From Minisyncoccia bacterium (lineage in GTDB: Bacteria; Patescibacteriota; Minisyncoccia; Phycocordibacterales; Phycocordibacteraceae), in NCBI GenBank assembly GCA_050011835.1, contig JBEKII010000001.1, forward strand, positions 172,262-236,261: a DNA stretch of 64,000 nucleotides, in the 5' to 3' direction. Under the pieces are notes generated by a model. It did not search any database and was not told where the DNA came from. It saw nothing but the letters and a program-made list of their open reading frames with translations. Made by a program: the position numbers and the translations under genes. Of this stretch, positions 20,008 through 30,521 are shown piece after piece (the first letter of the stretch is position 1; the number at the start of each line of letters is the position of its first letter).

Positions 20008-20547
20008 TTAATGGTTATTTTTAAGCAACTCGGCAAATTCTTCCTGCACTTTCTGCACTTTTGGGCTAATGACCAATTCGCAATACGTTTTGTTCGGATT
20101 CCGTGCGAAATAATCGCGATGATAATTTTCCGCCTCGTAAAATTCCGTGAACGGTTTTACTTCCGTCACGACCGGATTCCCTTCCGTCGAGGATTCATTG
20201 ACTTCGCGGACGAACGCTTCCGCTTCTTCTTTCTGCGCCGACGTCGTGTAGAGAATAATCGAGCGATACTGCGTACCGACATCATTCCCCTGCCGATTGG
20301 GCGTCGTCGGATCGTGCGTGGCGAAGAATACCGTGAGCAACGTCCGGAAAGAAATCTGCGCCGGGTCGTATTCTATGCGCGTCACTTCGGCGTGCCCCGT
20401 TTCTCCGCTCGACACCTCTGCATAGGTCGGATTCGTCTTCGTGCCGCCCGCGTATCCGGGCATGACGGAGACGACGCCTTTCAGCATCTTAAAAATTGCT
20501 TCTGTACACCAGAAACATCCGCCGCCGAAAACCGCGACCTCTGTCAT
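20008..20547 (-). CDS. msrA: peptide-methionine (S)-S-oxide reductase MsrA
   Basis: GGGCFWC active-site motif, 179 aa. Confidence 0.85.
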   Translation of the reverse strand: MTEVAVFGGGCFWCTEAIFKMLKGVVSVMPGYAGGTKTNPTYAEVSSGETGHAEVTRIEYDPAQISFRTLLTVFFATHDPTTPNRQGNDVGTQYRSIILYTTSAQKEEAEAFVREVNESSTEGNPVVTEVKPFTEFYEAENYHRDYFARNPNKTYCELVISPKVQKVQEEFAELLKNNH

Positions 20548-20717
20548 AAAATTTTTTTCCGATGCTTGAAGAATTCCACCTGTCGTAATCGTGTCTTCGC
20601 TTCGGCAAGCGTCGCATAAGTCCCAAATCTTCGCAGCTTCCCGTTCTTCATTTTTGTTTCTCCCACGACTACGAATTTTCCGCCGATTTTCTTGATCATC
20701 GCTTACAAATATACCAC

Positions 20718-21635
20718 CTACTGCGTGATGATGAGTGTACGACGGATCGCATCAAATGTCGCGAGAAGTTCTGGCTGATTGAATTCTTGCACCATGCCTG
20801 CTGGATAATTTTCAATAACGCCGTAGTGGATGAAATACCGCATCGCGATGCACGGATTCGTGCCCGGAAGCGCATAAACCGTTTCTTCATAGCGATTGCC
20901 CGCAGCCGCGCCGGTTGACGAAGCGACCAAATAAGTAACGTCGCCATCAGTAAGCGTGCTCGTGGCTATATTCTGCGGGTCCAAGAAGAGAGTTGCGGCG
21001 CATCCACCTGCCGGCGGATTGGTCTTAGAGATTTCTTCAACGCTTATATAAGAACCGGGAGAGAGATTGGTGCCCGTCGCCACCGATGCGGGAATGGTGA
21101 ATTTGATGCCGGAGATATCTTTGTCGGGACCGAGTTCCTGATATTGATACGATTCGTCAACGGTATAATCAGCCGGCAGGCGAATAGAAAAACCATACGT
21201 GCTGTTTGAATAAATTTGCGGAAGATCCTGTCCAGCGGGATTGGGCGCCACCGCGACACAGCCGATGTAGTTTTTTTCCTGATTGTTTTCCAGAACAAGA
21301 ACGCCGTTGCCTTTACTCCAAAACACGAAAGACTCGTCGGTATTCGCATAACGGACCCCGTCGGCAGAGATGGTCTGCGCGAGCGTCATGGTGCTTCCAT
21401 CGGAGAACGTGAGCGCAACGCTTCCGCTCGGAATCGGCGGCTGACCGGGGCCAGGGGCGGGTTTGGTCACGCCTTGATAATACGTTGCCGTAATGGTCTT
21501 TCCACCGTTACAAGAATATAAGACGGTAGTAATCGGCTGACTTGAAACCTGCGAGGGAGTATGCGTGAGCCACAACGCGAGAATCGCGACGACAACAATA
21601 ATGATAAGAACGATAATTTTTGTGTGGGTAGTCAT
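20718..21635 (-). CDS. membrane-anchored protein with MliC-like (lysozyme-inhibitor-type) domain plus C-terminal unknown domain
   Basis: TM then VLYSCNGGKTITATYYQ...VALTFSDGSTMTL..SADGVRYANTDESFVFWSKGNGVLV pattern of MliC. Confidence 0.45.
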   Translation of the reverse strand: MTTHTKIIVLIIIVVVAILALWLTHTPSQVSSQPITTVLYSCNGGKTITATYYQGVTKPAPGPGQPPIPSGSVALTFSDGSTMTLAQTISADGVRYANTDESFVFWSKGNGVLVLENNQEKNYIGCVAVAPNPAGQDLPQIYSNSTYGFSIRLPADYTVDESYQYQELGPDKDISGIKFTIPASVATGTNLSPGSYISVEEISKTNPPAGGCAATLFLDPQNIATSTLTDGDVTYLVASSTGAAAGNRYEETVYALPGTNPCIAMRYFIHYGVIENYPAGMVQEFNQPELLATFDAIRRTLIITQ

Positions 21636-22288
21636 AGGTCTAGTATATATCGAAATGATTTACCGACAACTGCCCCGATAACCGAACCAATAATGGCGCC
21701 CGCGACGAATTCAGAAAACCAATGAATATTGGTGGAAACGCCGATGCCGATGTAGAGAGCGACGAGAAGCGCTCCGTACTTTATATATCGATTGCTACGG
21801 TACAGCATATAAAGCGCGACCGCCACCGCGAAGGCAACGGTCGTGTGCGTCGACGGCCAGCCCCAGAATGCCCCATGTCGCAGAAAGCCGAATTCAAATT
21901 GCCGGCTGATGTCAACGAGATTTTGCGAATGGAGCGGCGGCTGAACGCGGCCGGTAAATATTTTATAAAAAGATGAAATGAAGAGGCCGAAAAGCCCTGC
22001 CTCAGTGACGGCGTAAGCGGTATATATCGTGCGGATATTCTTGCGAACTTTTCCGACGATAAAAAGAATTATCGGGAGCAGTATCGGCACAATGCCGCCC
22101 ACAATAGCTGCCGGGAAGAGAATATTTTGGAGCCATACTTCCCGAGTGTGGGTAAAGTAGTACCAATCGAAATCCGTCACGACAATGATATACGTCAGCG
22201 CAACCGCAAGCAGTTGCCATAAAATATTTTTCCCCTTATAGCACCTAGCGATATCGGCGGCAAAACTTTTTAATATTTTGCCCGTCAT
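21632..22288 (-). CDS. PAP2-like integral membrane protein
   Basis: Six TM-like segments; WPSTHT (PSGH-like) and NIHWFSE (HxxxD/E-like) boxes. Confidence 0.4.
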   Translation of the reverse strand: MTGKILKSFAADIARCYKGKNILWQLLAVALTYIIVVTDFDWYYFTHTREVWLQNILFPAAIVGGIVPILLPIILFIVGKVRKNIRTIYTAYAVTEAGLFGLFISSFYKIFTGRVQPPLHSQNLVDISRQFEFGFLRHGAFWGWPSTHTTVAFAVAVALYMLYRSNRYIKYGALLVALYIGIGVSTNIHWFSEFVAGAIIGSVIGAVVGKSFRYILDL

Positions 22289-22338
22289 GGTGCAAGTATA
22301 TCATTCTGTGGTAGTGTGGGCGCAGAAGATTTTATGAG

Positions 22339-22587
22339 ATGAAAGGAGGTGGGATCGTGCCACGTAAGCGATGCTACATACATTCATGCCTCTTAAAGGT
22401 GAGGTATTCGAGCAAAGATGAGGCTCTAGCCTCTATAGAAGACCTCGCCAGGAAAAACAAGAATGACATTCTCGGGGCCTATCATTGCAGCTTTTGCGAC
22501 GGATGGCACGTGGGTCACCTGTCTAAAAAGCGCCGATCGGTTTTTCTTGCCGCCCAATGGGTAAAAATGGCGAGGAGACCAGCTTGA
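22339..22587 (+). CDS. hypothetical small Cys/His-containing protein
   Basis: CYIHSC...YHCSFCDGWH possible Zn-ribbon. Confidence 0.25.
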   Translation: MKGGGIVPRKRCYIHSCLLKVRYSSKDEALASIEDLARKNKNDILGAYHCSFCDGWHVGHLSKKRRSVFLAAQWVKMARRPA

Positions 22588-22613
22588 AAAGCCGCCTTCC
22601 TAAAGGAAGGCGG

Positions 22614-22796
22614 CTACATATTTTTATTACGGAATAACTTTTTTCTTCTAGCCCACAAAAATTTTATTAAAAAGATTATGAACAAAACCAAGAGAATCGG
22701 CCAAAAAAGTCCAATCATAACGGGAAACCCCAAAAACAAGGCCTTGAGATTTTCCCAAGTGAAAACCTGACCGAGTATAGTAAGAGAAGCATTCAT
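22614..22796 (-). CDS. hypothetical small membrane protein
   Basis: 60 aa, single hydrophobic helix. Confidence 0.2.
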   Translation of the reverse strand: MNASLTILGQVFTWENLKALFLGFPVMIGLFWPILLVLFIIFLIKFLWARRKKLFRNKNM

Positions 22797-22831
22797 AGAG
22801 GATAATTTCTCTTTTATATTATGCTGCCTGT

Positions 22832-23824
22832 TTAAGAACCGATTGCAACGGAATAATTATTAACCGATACTTGTACCTTCGGCGCATTTCTGGCGTTGAA
22901 GAAAAGCAATCCGAGTATGATAAGCAGTAAAAGCAATCCTCCGGCGATGATTTCTATAAACTGGACGCCTATCTTCACGACAATCGCGATAATGAGCAGT
23001 ATGAAAATAATGATGGCCAGAACGGAGAGAATATGAGTGACGGTGGATGTCGGAGATGTAGAAACCAACGCAAAGAAATTCGCGATTGATGATGAGATTG
23101 CAGATATTGCGGGAACTTGCGCTTGCGTGCCAAGCACCGCGGCCACCGGTGCTACAGCGCCTTTTTCAGGCGATACAGAGGGCGAAGGTGCTACTGTTGC
23201 CACCTTTGGCGCACCGGCAGCCGTAGCGCTCCCCTGTGACGAGGTGATTTCGGGAGAAGCGAAGAACTGCACGACAAATGTCGCCTCCTTGCCTTGATAC
23301 ATTCCATTGGCAGTGCCGATTCCTATTTGCGTGTATTGCGGCTTTACGATATTCGCGTGATGTTCTGGTGATGCCATCCATGCGCTCTCAACGGCCGACG
23401 AGTCGGTGAAGTCCACGGCGAGGTTTTCGCCCGCGTATTGGTACTTATATCCGACTAGATTGAGCCAATGCCACGGGTCTTTGCCGTCGGGACTGATATG
23501 TGCGAAGTATCCTTTCGTCGCCATATCGTTTGCGGCATCCTGCGCGGCTTGTGCGAGCTGCGCGTTCTCGCTCACGGCAGGGACATCATTTGCGGCACGA
23601 TCATCATTCGTGAGGGCTACGAGGGCACCGGGAAGCACCGCTCCGAGGAAGCTCGTATGCGGAAATACGAACTTGATCTGTGTGAGATACGCTCCTTCAA
23701 GAACTACAATCGCAAGCGCGATAACTGCTACCGATGCGACACGAAAGATGTGCGGCCTATATCCGTTATGTTTATGGGGAAAGAAATAGTGATGCACGCG
23801 ATGAGGAAGCGAGTGCTTACGCAT
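22832..23824 (-). CDS. CAP/SCP (YkwD-like) domain membrane protein
   Basis: N-TM, GYFAHISPDG...YAGENLAV...PEHHANI CAP motifs, C-terminal TM segment. Confidence 0.6.
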   Translation of the reverse strand: MRKHSLPHRVHHYFFPHKHNGYRPHIFRVASVAVIALAIVVLEGAYLTQIKFVFPHTSFLGAVLPGALVALTNDDRAANDVPAVSENAQLAQAAQDAANDMATKGYFAHISPDGKDPWHWLNLVGYKYQYAGENLAVDFTDSSAVESAWMASPEHHANIVKPQYTQIGIGTANGMYQGKEATFVVQFFASPEITSSQGSATAAGAPKVATVAPSPSVSPEKGAVAPVAAVLGTQAQVPAISAISSSIANFFALVSTSPTSTVTHILSVLAIIIFILLIIAIVVKIGVQFIEIIAGGLLLLLIILGLLFFNARNAPKVQVSVNNYSVAIGS

Positions 23825-23883
23825 ATTGAGCTAACAATAACAAACAATCCCGCTTCGGGCGGGACTGTTTACTCACACTTGGC

Positions 23884-24813
23884 TTAATTGCTGTTTCCGA
23901 GATCTGCCTCAACTTTGGCGATAGTCGCTTGATCAACTCCAAAGGATTGAAGTATCGATATGATTGCATTTACTTGCGCGGTCGTAAGACCAGCACCGCC
24001 GGAGCCAGAAGAAGAGGTCGTCTCCGGAGTTGTCGGTACAACGCCCTTATTCAAGAGAGCGAGCGTGAGCGGACCGACATAGCCCGTTTGCGGCAGGTTA
24101 TTCGCCTTTTGAAAGGCAATTACCGCCGCCTTCGTGAGTTGGCCGAAGTAGCCAGAAATCGTACCGGAATAGAATCCTTCGTCCGTGAGGAACTGCTGGA
24201 GCGCCGTTACATCAGCGCCGCGCGAGCCAACCGTGAGATTTTTGGTGAAGTTGTATGCGGCGGCACCGAGCACCTGACCTTGATGGGAAGTTGTGGTCGT
24301 TATGGCCGGTGTAGTGACCGGTACAAAGACCGGACTTATAGAACCACTAGAACCACCTCCGCCAGAGCTACCTAAAGGAACCGGTGTAAGGGTTGTGAAG
24401 GCGGATGTAGGTGTAATGGTGTATGTGTACGACGCGACGGTTGAGAACTGACCATCAGAATAGCATGAGATTGCCTCAATAGTCATTGTCGAACTCACGG
24501 GAATTGGACTGGAATAGACTGTTCCTGTAGATCCTGCAGAACAACCCAACAGTGTTGATCCATCAGTCCCGTAATGGATGCTTGATGCTCCATCGGCGGT
24601 CAAGGTCACGCTTTGCGCTGAATTGTATGAACCAGCGGCAGGAGTTGCTACCGGTGGTGCAATAACGACGCCGTTAACGGTGGCGCCAAGAGTGGCATTA
24701 AGACCTGTAGACAAGGTCCCTGTTACGGTATCAGCCAGTGCAACATTACTAATCGCAAACAGCCCAATCACGGCTGCCGCGAATACAGATGATTTCAGGA
24801 TAATTTTGTTCAT
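23884..24813 (-). CDS. secreted protein with Ig-like N-domain and peptidoglycan-binding (PG_binding_1) domain
   Basis: Signal peptide; LTVGSRGADVTALQQFLTDEGFYSGTISGYFGQLTKAAVIAFQ matches PG-binding repeat. Confidence 0.6.
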   Translation of the reverse strand: MNKIILKSSVFAAAVIGLFAISNVALADTVTGTLSTGLNATLGATVNGVVIAPPVATPAAGSYNSAQSVTLTADGASSIHYGTDGSTLLGCSAGSTGTVYSSPIPVSSTMTIEAISCYSDGQFSTVASYTYTITPTSAFTTLTPVPLGSSGGGGSSGSISPVFVPVTTPAITTTTSHQGQVLGAAAYNFTKNLTVGSRGADVTALQQFLTDEGFYSGTISGYFGQLTKAAVIAFQKANNLPQTGYVGPLTLALLNKGVVPTTPETTSSSGSGGAGLTTAQVNAIISILQSFGVDQATIAKVEADLGNSN

Positions 24814-24825
24814 AGATTTTCAGGA

Positions 24826-27720
24826 TTAGCTAACTGTCAATGTAACGTTAAGGTTGGTCACCGCCCCCGTTGCATCCTCCACCGGTGCCGTGAGAACCCA
24901 TGTTCCCGCCGTTTCGAAGGTCTGCTCCGAATAAATCGATGGCGTCAACGTCCATACATTGTTAGTAGCGTCGTAAACCAAGTTGCCGTAGGTCGCACTG
25001 GTACTCATGCCCGTTCCGTTGATTGTCACTGGATAACTCGTGATGCTCGAGTTCGCCCCGGTTATATCCACGGTCGCCGACGTCATGTAGTAGGCGGGCG
25101 GAGTAGTGGACATATCCTGAGGCACGGTAATCGTCCAGTTCACTCCGGAACCGACAGAAGTGATGCTGGGGGGAAGGCCGCTACCGTTCAGTGTGATGCT
25201 AGAGATTGCTAGCGGTGCCGCCCAACCATTCGTGTTGGTGATAGTAAGAGCAACTGTGACAGATGTTCCGTTGACATTCCCAGTCAATGTATATGTTCCC
25301 GCCGGGAAGTTGGCCGGGATGAACATTGGAGATGGATTGCCAACAGAATCTTGTGTTCCGTCTTGGATTTTGTAGTTTGTTCCATCATAGGTTATGTAGA
25401 ACATCGCTGTCTGAGTTGTTGCACCCGGAAGCGTGTTGATCAGATGCTGACCCCAAGTAGAATTCAGATTTGCTGAGTCTGCTAACTGGTTTGCTTTGTA
25501 GTACGCGCTTAGGTCAACTCCGCCCGTTGAGGTCAGCATAAATGAGATTTTTGCTGAACTTGTTAACGTCACATTGAATGGATCTGTCGCTGTGCTACTG
25601 AATTGAATTGACGTGTCACCCGTAACGGTCAACGCCGCTGTAAGTGCAGGTCCCGAACCGGCTGCAGTTCCATTGGTTAAACCGACCGACGAGTTCCAGG
25701 CCGGAGTAACTGCTGGAGTGGTGAAATTCAAGACGGTGCCAGGATACCATGTCCCGTTGACATAAGACCATGCTGCGAAGTAATACGTTGTTTTCGGTGT
25801 AACCGAGAGCCCGCTGACTGACGAAAGAGGAGCAGAAAAAGAGGCATTCGCATCGATAGGGCCAGAAATGTCTCCGTCGTTGTAAACTCCGGTTGGAGGG
25901 ACTGACGACCCTGTGCTGAACGTAGACGTTGAAACCCAGAATGAGTACTCACTAGCAATAGCATTCCCATTAATTCCATTCAGTGTTGCGCCAGTCGAAG
26001 TTACATCACGGGCAGCAACCGTCAGAGTGGTAAGAGGAATAGGATCAAATACAGCCGAGAGTATATGGTGTGTAGTAACATTTGTGAAGGTATAACTAGC
26101 GTCTGTATTTCCTGTGATCCATGCGAATCCCGTCTGACCAACTACCGATTGACCATCGACAAGCACATCTGAAATGTAGTAGTTCTGATCTGCAGTAATT
26201 TCATATGTTGGACTGCTAAATGTTGGGGTAACTGCGCTTATAGAACCTCCATTGCTATCGGAAATAGTAATGTTTTGGTTGGCTTCAATTACAATAACTG
26301 TCCTTATCACTTCTATCGCATGATTGCCGGCTGCGTCAACGGAATCATATGTCACGTGGTACGTACCCGATATTGAAGGATTTACAACGTCTCCACCAAT
26401 CGTGACAAGATCTGTGCCATCAACAATATCTGTGGCTACCGCTCCGAGTTCTGTATAAGTTCCGCCGACTACTATGTAGGTCGGATTGCCAGTGTTGCCA
26501 GAGCCGTTCAGTGTGATAATCGGTATATTCACAACGATGTCAAAGGTCGCTGAGTTGGAGCTGCCCGCGTGATTGCTGTCGCCATCATAAGTTGCATTGG
26601 CTGTCGCCGTGCCGACGTCAACGTTGCCCGTATAGGTTGGCGTAAGTTGGCCGCTCTGTCCATCGGAAGTCGAGTAGGAAGCGGTGCATGGTGTAAGGGC
26701 TAAACCGGTGTAAGGCTGAGGAGAAGCGGGGCAAGAGACCGTGGTGACAGACGCGGCTTGTGCGACTGTAACCGTGCCGTTCACATAAGCGATGGTGTAG
26801 TTGGAATCAACTGCGCCGGTGCAGGACGAGACCGTTCCCGAGACCGAACAAGTCGGTTGAGTGGTGAGTGAAGCATCGGTGTCGCCGTTAACGAATCCTA
26901 AATAGGTCGGAGTGATTGTGGGCGGTGTGCCGCCATAGGTCATCGTGCCGTCAGAAGCCGTGATGGTGAGTGGTGCCTTTACAGTGAATGAAGCGGTTGT
27001 TGAAGCAGGATAAAAGTCAGGACTACCGGCTTGCGATGCTTCAAGAGTAACAGCGCCGACGCCAGTTATCGTGGTTGTTGAGTCATTAATCGTTACTGGT
27101 CCGGAAACAACGCTGAATATGATAGGCAGCAAACCGGATGTCGAAGTTGCGGTTAAACCAAACGGCGCATCTCCAAAAGTTTTATCTGAAAGAGGTCCAA
27201 ACGAAACAGTCTGACTTGCCGGAGGATTGGTGGTAATGCCATAACTCGTCGAATATGATCCGCCTGCTGCACCCTCTGGAACTTGTGCCTCTACAGTTAT
27301 TTGAATCTGTCTGCCTCCTTGATGCATATCAAGATCTTCATTGGGGTTCAAATACATTGGACTGCTTAATGTGCTAGACGCAGTTATGCCAATGGCTTGG
27401 TCTTCGTCAGTGGCGTTTAACGACTGAGCGGAATAAAATTGAATGTTGCCATCTGCTGGTATGTAACCAAGAGCACTCGTCCAATCGTCAAATTCCATCT
27501 GTAAAATAGTTTGGTCCTTTGGAACAGTCACATCAAAAACCCATTTCCATCCTTTATCATATCCCCTGCCTGCGGTTGCATATGTTTGTACTGCTATGAT
27601 TTGTGTTACGCCCAAGACAACAGTCGGAGCATCAGCTAACGCGGAAGGAACAGAAATCCCGAAAACTAGAACGGAAAGAAGAACGGGGAGAGAAACGCGC
27701 AGTGCATTTTTCATATTCAT
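24826..27720 (-). CDS. giant secreted surface protein with Ig-like / MBG(YGX)-like repeats
   Basis: Signal peptide, 964 aa, Thr/Ser/Gly-rich, repeated TxTYxG..NGDT..NYxI..V.GTLTV motifs. Confidence 0.6.
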   Translation of the reverse strand: MNMKNALRVSLPVLLSVLVFGISVPSALADAPTVVLGVTQIIAVQTYATAGRGYDKGWKWVFDVTVPKDQTILQMEFDDWTSALGYIPADGNIQFYSAQSLNATDEDQAIGITASSTLSSPMYLNPNEDLDMHQGGRQIQITVEAQVPEGAAGGSYSTSYGITTNPPASQTVSFGPLSDKTFGDAPFGLTATSTSGLLPIIFSVVSGPVTINDSTTTITGVGAVTLEASQAGSPDFYPASTTASFTVKAPLTITASDGTMTYGGTPPTITPTYLGFVNGDTDASLTTQPTCSVSGTVSSCTGAVDSNYTIAYVNGTVTVAQAASVTTVSCPASPQPYTGLALTPCTASYSTSDGQSGQLTPTYTGNVDVGTATANATYDGDSNHAGSSNSATFDIVVNIPIITLNGSGNTGNPTYIVVGGTYTELGAVATDIVDGTDLVTIGGDVVNPSISGTYHVTYDSVDAAGNHAIEVIRTVIVIEANQNITISDSNGGSISAVTPTFSSPTYEITADQNYYISDVLVDGQSVVGQTGFAWITGNTDASYTFTNVTTHHILSAVFDPIPLTTLTVAARDVTSTGATLNGINGNAIASEYSFWVSTSTFSTGSSVPPTGVYNDGDISGPIDANASFSAPLSSVSGLSVTPKTTYYFAAWSYVNGTWYPGTVLNFTTPAVTPAWNSSVGLTNGTAAGSGPALTAALTVTGDTSIQFSSTATDPFNVTLTSSAKISFMLTSTGGVDLSAYYKANQLADSANLNSTWGQHLINTLPGATTQTAMFYITYDGTNYKIQDGTQDSVGNPSPMFIPANFPAGTYTLTGNVNGTSVTVALTITNTNGWAAPLAISSITLNGSGLPPSITSVGSGVNWTITVPQDMSTTPPAYYMTSATVDITGANSSITSYPVTINGTGMSTSATYGNLVYDATNNVWTLTPSIYSEQTFETAGTWVLTAPVEDATGAVTNLNVTLTVS

Positions 27721-28321
27721 TTTTATTGTTTTATAAAAATCGTCTCCATTATTAATTAAGTTTTACTAACACAGCAGACAATAAAGAAATGAGCTGTCAA
27801 ACTCTCCCGTAAGTCTACTCCCCTGCTATAAGCCGTCAATCCACTTGACAACTATCAATATTTTCGTTTCTGTTATCAAATTATCTCTCAAATGTCCCCC
27901 ATCCGTGGAGCCCAAAATATTTCAGCCGACAGCGAGTAATTTCGATGGTGAGCGATGGCCGTTAATGATGCGTACCTTCCCGGAAGAAACATGAAAATGG
28001 TCAGCAATAATCGCGACGATACGACGATTCGCCAGATTTTGAGCTGGCTTTTCCTTAACAGAGATTTCAAAGTGATCGGGAGAAATCATTTTTAACGATT
28101 CCTTCTTTGCGGCCGCCCGAACCAGGACTTTTACATACATGCAGGTACGGTACCATGGCGGGTTCAAATATCCTCCATCCGGCGGAGCTAAAGTTCTGAA
28201 CGTGTCCTGAAAAAAATGTCCTGCGATGGCAAACGGCACGTGTACGTGTATATAGTAGAATACTTCCGGAATATAAATCAGCTCTTCCGTCGTTAAACCA
28301 TACTCTGAAAGGGGGAATGAG

Positions 28322-28546
28322 ATGAAAATACTGACTGCATTGTTCATTGCGATTGCGATTTTCACTCTGCCGCTCAACGAATGGGAAAAGGCCTCCGAAC
28401 AGGAGAGAACCGATGTCTGTGAGAGAATGTTTAGAAGTTTCAAAGCGGACAATCCCTCATGCCTGAGAGTGAGGATCGGCACCCTCATCATCGGAAACGA
28501 GCTGAAGGTGCTCATCGAATGCGTGGAAAGCGGAACAGGAATATGA
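28322..28546 (+). CDS. hypothetical small secreted protein
   Basis: GGGGGA RBS 8 nt before ATG; N-terminal signal-like helix; 74 aa. Confidence 0.35.
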   Translation: MKILTALFIAIAIFTLPLNEWEKASEQERTDVCERMFRSFKADNPSCLRVRIGTLIIGNELKVLIECVESGTGI

Positions 28547-28735
28547 CGATCATACCCGTACCTCCGAACCCCAGTCCGTGGACGTAGTGGTGGATACGGT
28601 AAAGAGAAAGGTGAGAGGGTTCGGAGGAAGCACCAACCGCTCATCTTTTTCACCGCCCGGAGAGCGTGGACCCGTAATGGTTATGCATGCCGATGGGGTA
28701 TGTTGCAAATAGCCAAGACACGAAAAACTTCTACG

Positions 28736-28804
28736 CCGCATGATTCGCTCTGCGGTTTTTCTTTTTATACAAAACACATTCGAATATAGTCCAGTCAGCG
28801 GAAG
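28736..28804 (+). repeat. junction element copy 1
   Basis: CCGCA..TGCGG hairpin + TTTTTCTTTTTAT + TTCGAATATAGTCCAGTCAGCGGAAG. Confidence 0.55.
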
Positions 28805-28903
28805 TTTTTATTGTTATTGACCGATGACTGCGAGAAAGCTAACATCAGCAGCGGAACTTTGCTGTTCCTTATTAAACTCAAGAGGGGAAGGGGGGTGAGG
28901 AAG

Positions 28904-29593
28904 ATGAACAAAATCAGCCGCAGAGCTATTCTGGAAATCGCGAAGACGCTTGTTGGCAGTATCATCAACAAGGTTCCTATTCAACAACAAGTTGTCCAAA
29001 AACTTTCCAACATTCTGGGAGTCCAGAGATGTGTGATCTTCAGAGTCGGCAATCATCGCGAAGGTGATGACTACGACGTTGAAATCACGGCTGGCGTGCC
29101 CATTGAAGAACACGGCATCGGCCTCAAGGAGTCCGTCACAAAACATCCAGACATCGAAGCAGCCGTTCGTCTCGGTAAAGTGATGGTTATTGCCGATCCC
29201 AAAACATCATCGATGACTGTTCATCTCAGAGGGATCATCGAAAAGAAAAACATCACACAGATCCTGTATCTGCCGCTTATTTCTTCCGGAGTAAAAGTCA
29301 AGACCATCGGTGTAATAGTGCTTGACGATGCGGGGGAGAAAGATAATTTTGAGCCGGAAGAGATAGAATTTTGCGGTGAGGTCGGCGAGCTTATATCGCT
29401 TACTATGGATCGCGAGGAAATCCTGATTCAACAGATGAGAGATATCATCATAAACCGTGTTGCCGCGTTAGGCGGATTTACGAGCCGATTGGACAAATCC
29501 ACAGAAGAATTCTCTAAGGGCGTCAAGAACATCCTGGAAGAAATTCGCATGCTTGAGGAGAGCTGTCCGAAAGGAGGCAGAATTAATTTTTAA
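28904..29593 (+). CDS. GAF-like domain protein with C-terminal helical tail
   Basis: Start at internal Met after GAGGAAG; GAF-like core (..QRCVIFRVGN...LYLPLISSGVKVKTIGVIVLDD..). Confidence 0.45.
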   Translation: MNKISRRAILEIAKTLVGSIINKVPIQQQVVQKLSNILGVQRCVIFRVGNHREGDDYDVEITAGVPIEEHGIGLKESVTKHPDIEAAVRLGKVMVIADPKTSSMTVHLRGIIEKKNITQILYLPLISSGVKVKTIGVIVLDDAGEKDNFEPEEIEFCGEVGELISLTMDREEILIQQMRDIIINRVAALGGFTSRLDKSTEEFSKGVKNILEEIRMLEESCPKGGRINF

Positions 29594-29617
29594 CATGCTC
29601 TAAAAAGGAGAAGGGCG

Positions 29618-29821
29618 ATGAAAAATTTAATTGTGCTGATATTAATGATAGGTTTGGCAGGTCTGAGTTTGGTTGCTTGTGCAGCTTGTGCAAATATCTC
29701 CTTAAAGATTTATCATCCAATCGCTGGATCATTGCCACCAAATGTCGGCTACAATGACTGCAGCGCATCTGAGATGTGGAAGTGTTACTATCCACCTGGA
29801 ATCGTGATCGCAGTATGGTGA
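29618..29821 (+). CDS. small Cys-rich putative lipoprotein
   Basis: AGGAGA RBS; signal peptide with lipobox-like SLVAC; 5 Cys in 45-aa mature part. Confidence 0.45.
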   Translation: MKNLIVLILMIGLAGLSLVACAACANISLKIYHPIAGSLPPNVGYNDCSASEMWKCYYPPGIVIAVW

Positions 29822-30063
29822 GGCTTTGGGCACCTGATCGAACAAGAAACACGATTGAGTGCCCTTTTTATTTAGGTCATAAATCGCTGATGCGTTTGAA
29901 GCCCGAGATACCTTTATTTCGTCTCAAAACTTAGGTTCTAACGTCGACCGATATACAGAGCAAAAAATTGACAGTATTTTTATATCGTGATATACAAGAA
30001 GACAGACCGCGACTCAGGCTCATTTGTACAAATTCATTCCAAACTGATTCAAGGAGGTATGCC

Positions 30064-30375
30064 ATGCTTAAAGCAATTGCAACCACGCCCTGGTACTTCC
30101 GCTTCTTACCAAACTTCTTCTGGATGAAACCGTTCGTCGAGAAAGTCCGGATCGTGGACATGGCGAAGCGCGATCTCCAGCCGATTTCATCAGGTGATCG
30201 GCAGCGATATACCAGTTCGTACGCATATGCTGTCTGGGTCAAGACAAGTCACGGCAACCTTTACCTGGAGGTATCGAAAGAGGTCTATCACCGCTTAAGG
30301 CGGAACGACCAGTTAATTGTTCGCTACCAATGTGGTCGCCGAACGGAGAGACTCAGAGGTCATATCGCGCGTTAA
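30064..30375 (+). CDS. hypothetical protein (103 aa)
   Basis: Strong AAGGAGG RBS 6 nt upstream of ATG 30064. Confidence 0.4.
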   Translation: MLKAIATTPWYFRFLPNFFWMKPFVEKVRIVDMAKRDLQPISSGDRQRYTSSYAYAVWVKTSHGNLYLEVSKEVYHRLRRNDQLIVRYQCGRRTERLRGHIAR

Positions 30376-30422
30376 CCGCTACCTCGATGAGACAGGAAGC
30401 TAAACTTCTATCTCATGACAGA

Positions 30423-30493
30423 GGGGCGGTTTTCTGTTTCTACACATTCTACACAAAACATATTTGAACATCTTCCAGCCAGCGGAGCTGACA
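30423..30493 (+). repeat. junction element copy A
   Basis: GGGGCGGTTTTCTGTTTC...TTTGAACATCTTCCAGCCAGCGGAGCTGACA. Confidence 0.55.
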
Positions 30494-30521
30494 GTTCATA
30501 AAATCTATGGTATATTAGGAA

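Noticed and set aside
27922-28653. 243-aa minus-strand ORF upstream of the gene array, initially considered as a possible degraded integrase or metallophosphoesterase (C-terminal IVAIIADHFHVSSGKVRIINGH)
   Set aside because: N-terminal two-thirds is low-complexity P/R/S-rich sequence with no protein-like pattern. It overlaps the better-supported + strand 74-aa gene and junction-element copy 0. It has no R..HxxR..Y recombinase boxes. The MPP-like motif order is wrong for a real metallophosphoesterase.
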